A stretch of 64,000 bases of DNA from positions 1,612,001-1,676,000 of the forward strand of contig CM026547.1 of the NCBI GenBank assembly GCA_014905635.1. The letters run 5' to 3'. This DNA is from Scenedesmus sp. PABB004. Taxonomy: Eukaryota. Shown here piece by piece: positions 60,101 through 64,000 of this stretch; position 1 is the stretch's first letter; every line of letters starts with the position of its first letter. Under the pieces are notes generated by a model that saw only the letters and a program-made list of their open reading frames with translations, had not been told where the DNA came from and did not search any database. A program made the position numbers and the translations under genes.

Positions 60101-62958
60101 CGGCGCCTCGCGCGGCGCGCCGGGCGGCGGCGGCGTGTAGAGCCAGCTGGTGATGCCTGCGCGGCGCGGCACGCGCGCGCGCCCGGGCGGCAGGGCAGGG
60201 CGGCGGCGGGAGAGTCGGTCGGCGGCGAGGCGCGGCGCGGCGTGGCCGCGCGCGCGCGCGCATGCACACCCGCCGCGCGCGCCGCGGCGGCCGCGGCGGC
60301 CGCGCACCCACGGACGTCTCGGTGGGGCCGTAGGTGTTGTACAGCTCGGTGAACGGCAGCGCGGCGGTGATGTCGGCGGCCATGGTGCTGGTGAGCGCCT
60401 CGCCGCCCGACAGCACGCACCGCAGCGACGCGCACGGCGCGGCGCGCGCGGCGGCGGCGGGCGCGCCGTGCAGCGCGAGAACCTCGCGCGCGAGCGCGTG
60501 CAGCTGGCTGGGCACCGCGGAGGCGACCGTGACGCCGTGGGCCGAGACGAGCGACATCACGCTGTGCACGTCGCGGTGCGCCTCGGGCGGCGCCACCACG
60601 AGCGCCGCGCCCGCGGTCAGGGCCGTCCAGATCTCGTCCACGCTCGCGTCAAAGTTGGTGGGCGTCTTCTGCGCGGCGGCGGCGCGGGGCGCGCGGCGCG
60701 GCGGCCGTGGTGGGCGCGCGGCCGGCGGCGGTGCGCCCCGCGCGCGCCCCGCGCGCGCGCGCGCGCGCCTGGCGAGCACCGCGGCCCCACCCGCTCGCCG
60801 CGCGCCCGCACCTGGATGAAGACGTCGGCGGGGGTGATGCGGAAGTGCGAGCGGAACCAGGCCGTGTAGGCTGACACGCCTGCGCGGCGGCGGCGCGGCG
60901 GCGGCGGCGCGGCGGGGGCTTGAGCGGCGGCGGCGGCGGCGGCGGCGGCAGGACGGCGCCAGTGCGGGCGCGCGGGCGCGCGGGCGCGGCGCACCCTTGT
61001 GCTTGACCAGCACGCCCTTGGGCTGCCCACTGCTGCCAGAGGTGTAGATGATGTAGCAGCAGCCCTCGGGCGCGCCCAGCACGCCCAGGTCCCAGGTGCC
61101 GGGCTGCGCGCCCGCCGCGCCGAGGCAGGCCGGCGGCAGCGCCGCGGCCGGCAGGGCCGCGGGCGCGGCGGCCGCGCCCGGCGGCGGCGCGGGCGGCACT
61201 GGCGCCGCGTCGGGGTGCAGCAGCAGCGTGTGCACGCCCGCGGCCGCGAGGTCGGGCGGCAGCTTGTGCACCAGGTCGGGCTGCACCAGCACCGCCTGCG
61301 CGCGGCGCGGCGCGGCGCGGCGCGGCGCGGCGCGGCGCGGCGCGGCACGCGCGGCGGGGCGGGACGGGGCGGGGCGGTGAGGGAGGTGTGCGGAGGGCCC
61401 GGCGGCGCGCGGCGCGCGGCGCATGGGACGCCGCGTGTGCGCCGTGGCGCGCCTGTGCGTCGGCGTCGCTGAGCATGAAGGCGATGCGCGCCCCGGGGTG
61501 GTGGTGGTCCAGGGGGAGGTACGCCGCGCCCGCGCGCAGCACGCCCAGCAGGGCGGGCACCATGACGGGGCTGCGCAGCAGCAGCACGCCCACGACGGCG
61601 CCCGGGCGCACGCCGGCGGCGGCGCGCAGGTGCCGCGCGACGCGGTTGGCCGCGGCGTCGACCTGGCGGCGCGGCGGCGGCGGCGCGCGCGCGCGCGGCG
61701 CGGCGCACGGGTGAGCGGGCGCGCGCCGCGGCGCCGGCGGCGCGGCGCGTGCCGCAGGCCCGCGGCGCTGCGCCCCCACCCCACCTCGGCGAACGAGAAC
61801 GACGCGCCGCCAAACACCACGCACGGCGCGCCCGGCGTCGCGGCCGCGCGCGCGGCGACGCGCGCGTGCGTGAGCGAGGCATCGTAGGGCACGTCGGTGG
61901 CGGTGAACGTGCGCAGCAGCAGCGCGCGCTCCTCGTCGTCCATCAGCGCGGCCGACAGCAGGGGCCCGCCGTGCACGGCGTCGGCCACGAAGACCTGCGC
62001 GGCGCGGCGGGCGGCGGGCGGCGGGCGGCCGGCGGTGGTGCTCAGGGGCGCGCGTGGCGATGCGCGCGCGCAGCACGCAGAGCGCGCGCGCGCGCGCCTC
62101 GAAGTGCCGCGCGAGCAGCGCCGCGCCGGCGTCGGTGAAGAGCGCGGTGTTGAACAGCAGGCACGCGCGCAGTGCCGCCGGCGGCGCGCCGCGCGGCGCG
62201 GGGCTGAGCAGCAGGGCGACGTCGAGCGCCGCGGCGGCGGCCGCCGCGGCGGCGCCGTCGGCGCCCCACGCCACGCCCGCCTGGAAGAGCGGGTGGGCCA
62301 TGGAGCTCTCGGGCGACAGGCCCGCGGCGGCGCAGATGTCTGCCACGCTCATGCGCGCGTGCGGCGCCACGGCGAGCAGGCGCGCGTGCAGCGCGTGCGC
62401 GTGGCCGGCGAGCGCGTCGCCGCCGCCCAGCGGCGGGCAGCACAGCGGCACGAGCGGCTCGTCGCCGCCGGCCGCGAGCAGCGCGGCCGCGCGGGGCATG
62501 AGCAGCGCTGAGGGCTGCGCGCCGAGCGTGATGACCTCTTGGCCGCTCACGCGCACCAGGTAGGCCTGCGCGTGAGCGCGCGCGCGTGCGGGAGGGGGAG
62601 AGGAAGGCGGGCGGGGCGGGCGGCGCGTGGGCGAGAGAGAACGAGGGAGCGAGCGCCGCGCGGGCGCGGGCCGCGTGCGCGCACGTGAAACGCCGCCAGC
62701 AGCGCGACGCCCGCGGTCGTGCCGGCGGCGTCGGGCAGATCCAGCCAGAGCGCGTCGGGCAGGCGGCCCAGCGCGACGCGGCCGCGGCGCGCGGTGAGCG
62801 AGGCCTGCGTGCGCGCCTGCGGGGCAGCGTGGTCAATGCGCGCGCGCTGTGCGGTGCCGCGGCGCCGCCCCCGCCCGGCGGTGCCGCCGCCGCACCTTAT
62901 CGAGCACGAGGTCGAGCGCCTGGGGCGCGCCCGCGAGGTGCTCCTCCCAGAACACCAT
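54130..62958 (-). CDS. NRPS-like synthetase: partial condensation domain - adenylation - 2x carrier (T) - Pls-type membrane terminal domain (multi-exon)
   Basis: C-half: FWEEHLAGAPQALDL, HPLFQ, FNTALF. A domain: YIIYTSGSSGQPKGV, FDASVDEIW, SGGEAL, NTYGPTE, GQLFISG..GYL, MYRTGD, GRVDHQVKLRGLRIEL|EVE, LPDYMIP, EKVNRKALP. T x2: DFFALGGNSL. Terminal repeats: KWLLVGRY..WYRALGVRVG..DLISLGDG; KWLLLGR..SGTALFNAWLRGLGARVG; YYRAMGARIG..EPDCITIGD..AHTVENR..VMKGE..WRGVPA. Confidence 0.9.
58603..59181 (-). repeat. Recently duplicated carrier-protein (T) domain, two ~225-bp copies 354 bp apart
   Basis: 58603-58827 and 58957-59181 encode nearly identical LQA.VAAAWAEALGVEVGALGPESDFFALGGNSLIAGRVNSQLRAGL..PTLAAFAAAV. 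Confidence 0.93.
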
Positions 62959-63223
62959 CGCGCGCGGCCCTGCGGTCGGCGCGGGCGGCGGAGCGGGACC
63001 GGTCCCGCTCGCGCGCCGCGCCCGGCGGCCGCCCCGCAGACGGCCCTGGGTGGCGCGACCGCTCAAAACGCGGCACCTCGACCCCTCGCGAGCCGCACCT
63101 GGGCCTCGCGGCGCGAGGGGAGGGCAGGGGCGGGGCGGCAAACGGCGGCGCCGATCCCGGCTCGGCAGGGGCGCGCTGCCGCTCGGCGAGCGCGGAGAGG
63201 GTGAGGCGGAGGTGCGCGCGCGG

Positions 63224-63230
63224 CTTTATA
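63224..63230 (-). promoter_or_regulatory. Putative TATA box of the NRPS-like gene
   Basis: TATAAAG on the minus strand, about 270 bp upstream of the ATG at 62958, in very GC-rich context. Confidence 0.55.
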
Positions 63231-63358
63231 GGCCGGGCCGCGCGCGGGCTCAGCGCCCTGACACACACCGCGATGACGCCGCGGCGGCTCGCGCAGTACC
63301 GGCGCCCAGCTCGATCACCAGCGCCTGCGGGGTTGCCACGACGGCTCTCACGCGGTTC

Positions 63359-64000
63359 TCACTCGCCCTCGCGCCAGCCCACGGCGGCGGCGGTCGCCGC
63401 CCACAGGTCCGCCGCGAGCCGCTCGTCCAGCGCGAGCCGCTGGGCGCGGCGTGGCGCGGCGCGGCGAGGCAGCAGCACGCCAGGTCAGGTCGCACGCGGG
63501 GCGGCGCCAGCTGCGGCGCCTGCTGCCGCCGCCTGCTCGCACCCCGCCGCAGCGCGCGCCCGCCGCGCGGCGCACCGGCGGCGCCATGGGCTTGCAGTCG
63601 TGCAGCATCAGCGGCACGGGCGCGTCGGGGCTGAGCTCGGGGCTCGTGGCCGCCCACACCACCACCTGTGCGCCCTGCGCCGGCGTCCTGCCGAGCACCG
63701 GCGCGATGGCCTGAAACAGCCACGCGAACAACGGCGGCACCGACCTGCGGCGAGGCGCGCGAGCGAGGCGCTCGCACCCGCCGCGGGCGGCGGCGACGCG
63801 CGGCGCGGCCGTGCGGCGCGCGGCCGTGCGGCGCGGCGGGCGCGCCTGAAGATGGTGGTGTTGACAAAGCCGGGGCTGCAGCTCGTGGCGATGATGCCGC
63901 GGCCCGCGAGCCGCCGCTGCAGCTCCGCAGAAAACAGCACGTTGGCGAGCTTGGAGTCCGCATACGGCGCGGACCACCAGCGACCCCCCCGCACGCGGCT
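63359..64000 (-). CDS. Short-chain dehydrogenase/reductase (retinol-dehydrogenase-like), 3' exons only
   Basis: Catalytic YADSKLANVLFSAELQRRL, SPGFVNTTIFR, TPAQGAQVVVWAATSPEL, LDERLAADLWAAT..GE*. Confidence 0.88.

Noticed and set aside
29056..62958. One large biosynthetic cluster linking the P5B-ATPase, peptide precursors and NRPS
   Set aside because: They are separated by unrelated housekeeping genes (R3HCC1-like, SCAPER), and no RiPP-modifying enzyme or protease lies beside the precursors.
54130..64000. Bacterial contamination as the source of the NRPS
   Set aside because: The gene has many spliceosomal introns of the same style as its neighbours and is contiguous with SCAPER.

Overview
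Very GC-rich, intron-dense eukaryotic nuclear DNA, most consistent with a chlorophycean green alga (TGTAA poly(A) signals, plastid-targeted transketolase, plant-type tRNA-Leu). Most six-frame ORFs are low-complexity artefacts, so I assembled the genes exon by exon. About 17 protein genes are supported: XRN exoribonuclease (partial), HS3ST-like sulfotransferase, TMEM184/LAZ1, a Cys-rich secreted protein, PP2C, transketolase, BUD20/ZNF593, RPN6, acid lipase, P5B-ATPase, R3HCC1-like, an orphan, two secreted repeat-peptide precursors, SCAPER, an NRPS-like synthetase and an SDR (partial). Two tRNA-Leu(AAG) copies sit in an inverted duplication. The main highlights are: (1) a tandem pair of signal-peptide-bearing polyprotein precursors (2x54 aa and 6x93 aa units) punctuated by R-x-L processing sites, both ending in KH, one with Gly-Arg-Arg amidation signals, i.e. 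a candidate algal peptide-hormone/KEP-like system; (2) an intron-rich NRPS with a half-C/A/T/T front end and an epsilon-poly-L-lysine-synthetase-type membrane terminal domain, whose hand-read A-domain code looks Lys-like; (3) an unusually high frequency of GC-AG introns. Gene ends were read by eye and no database searches were run.
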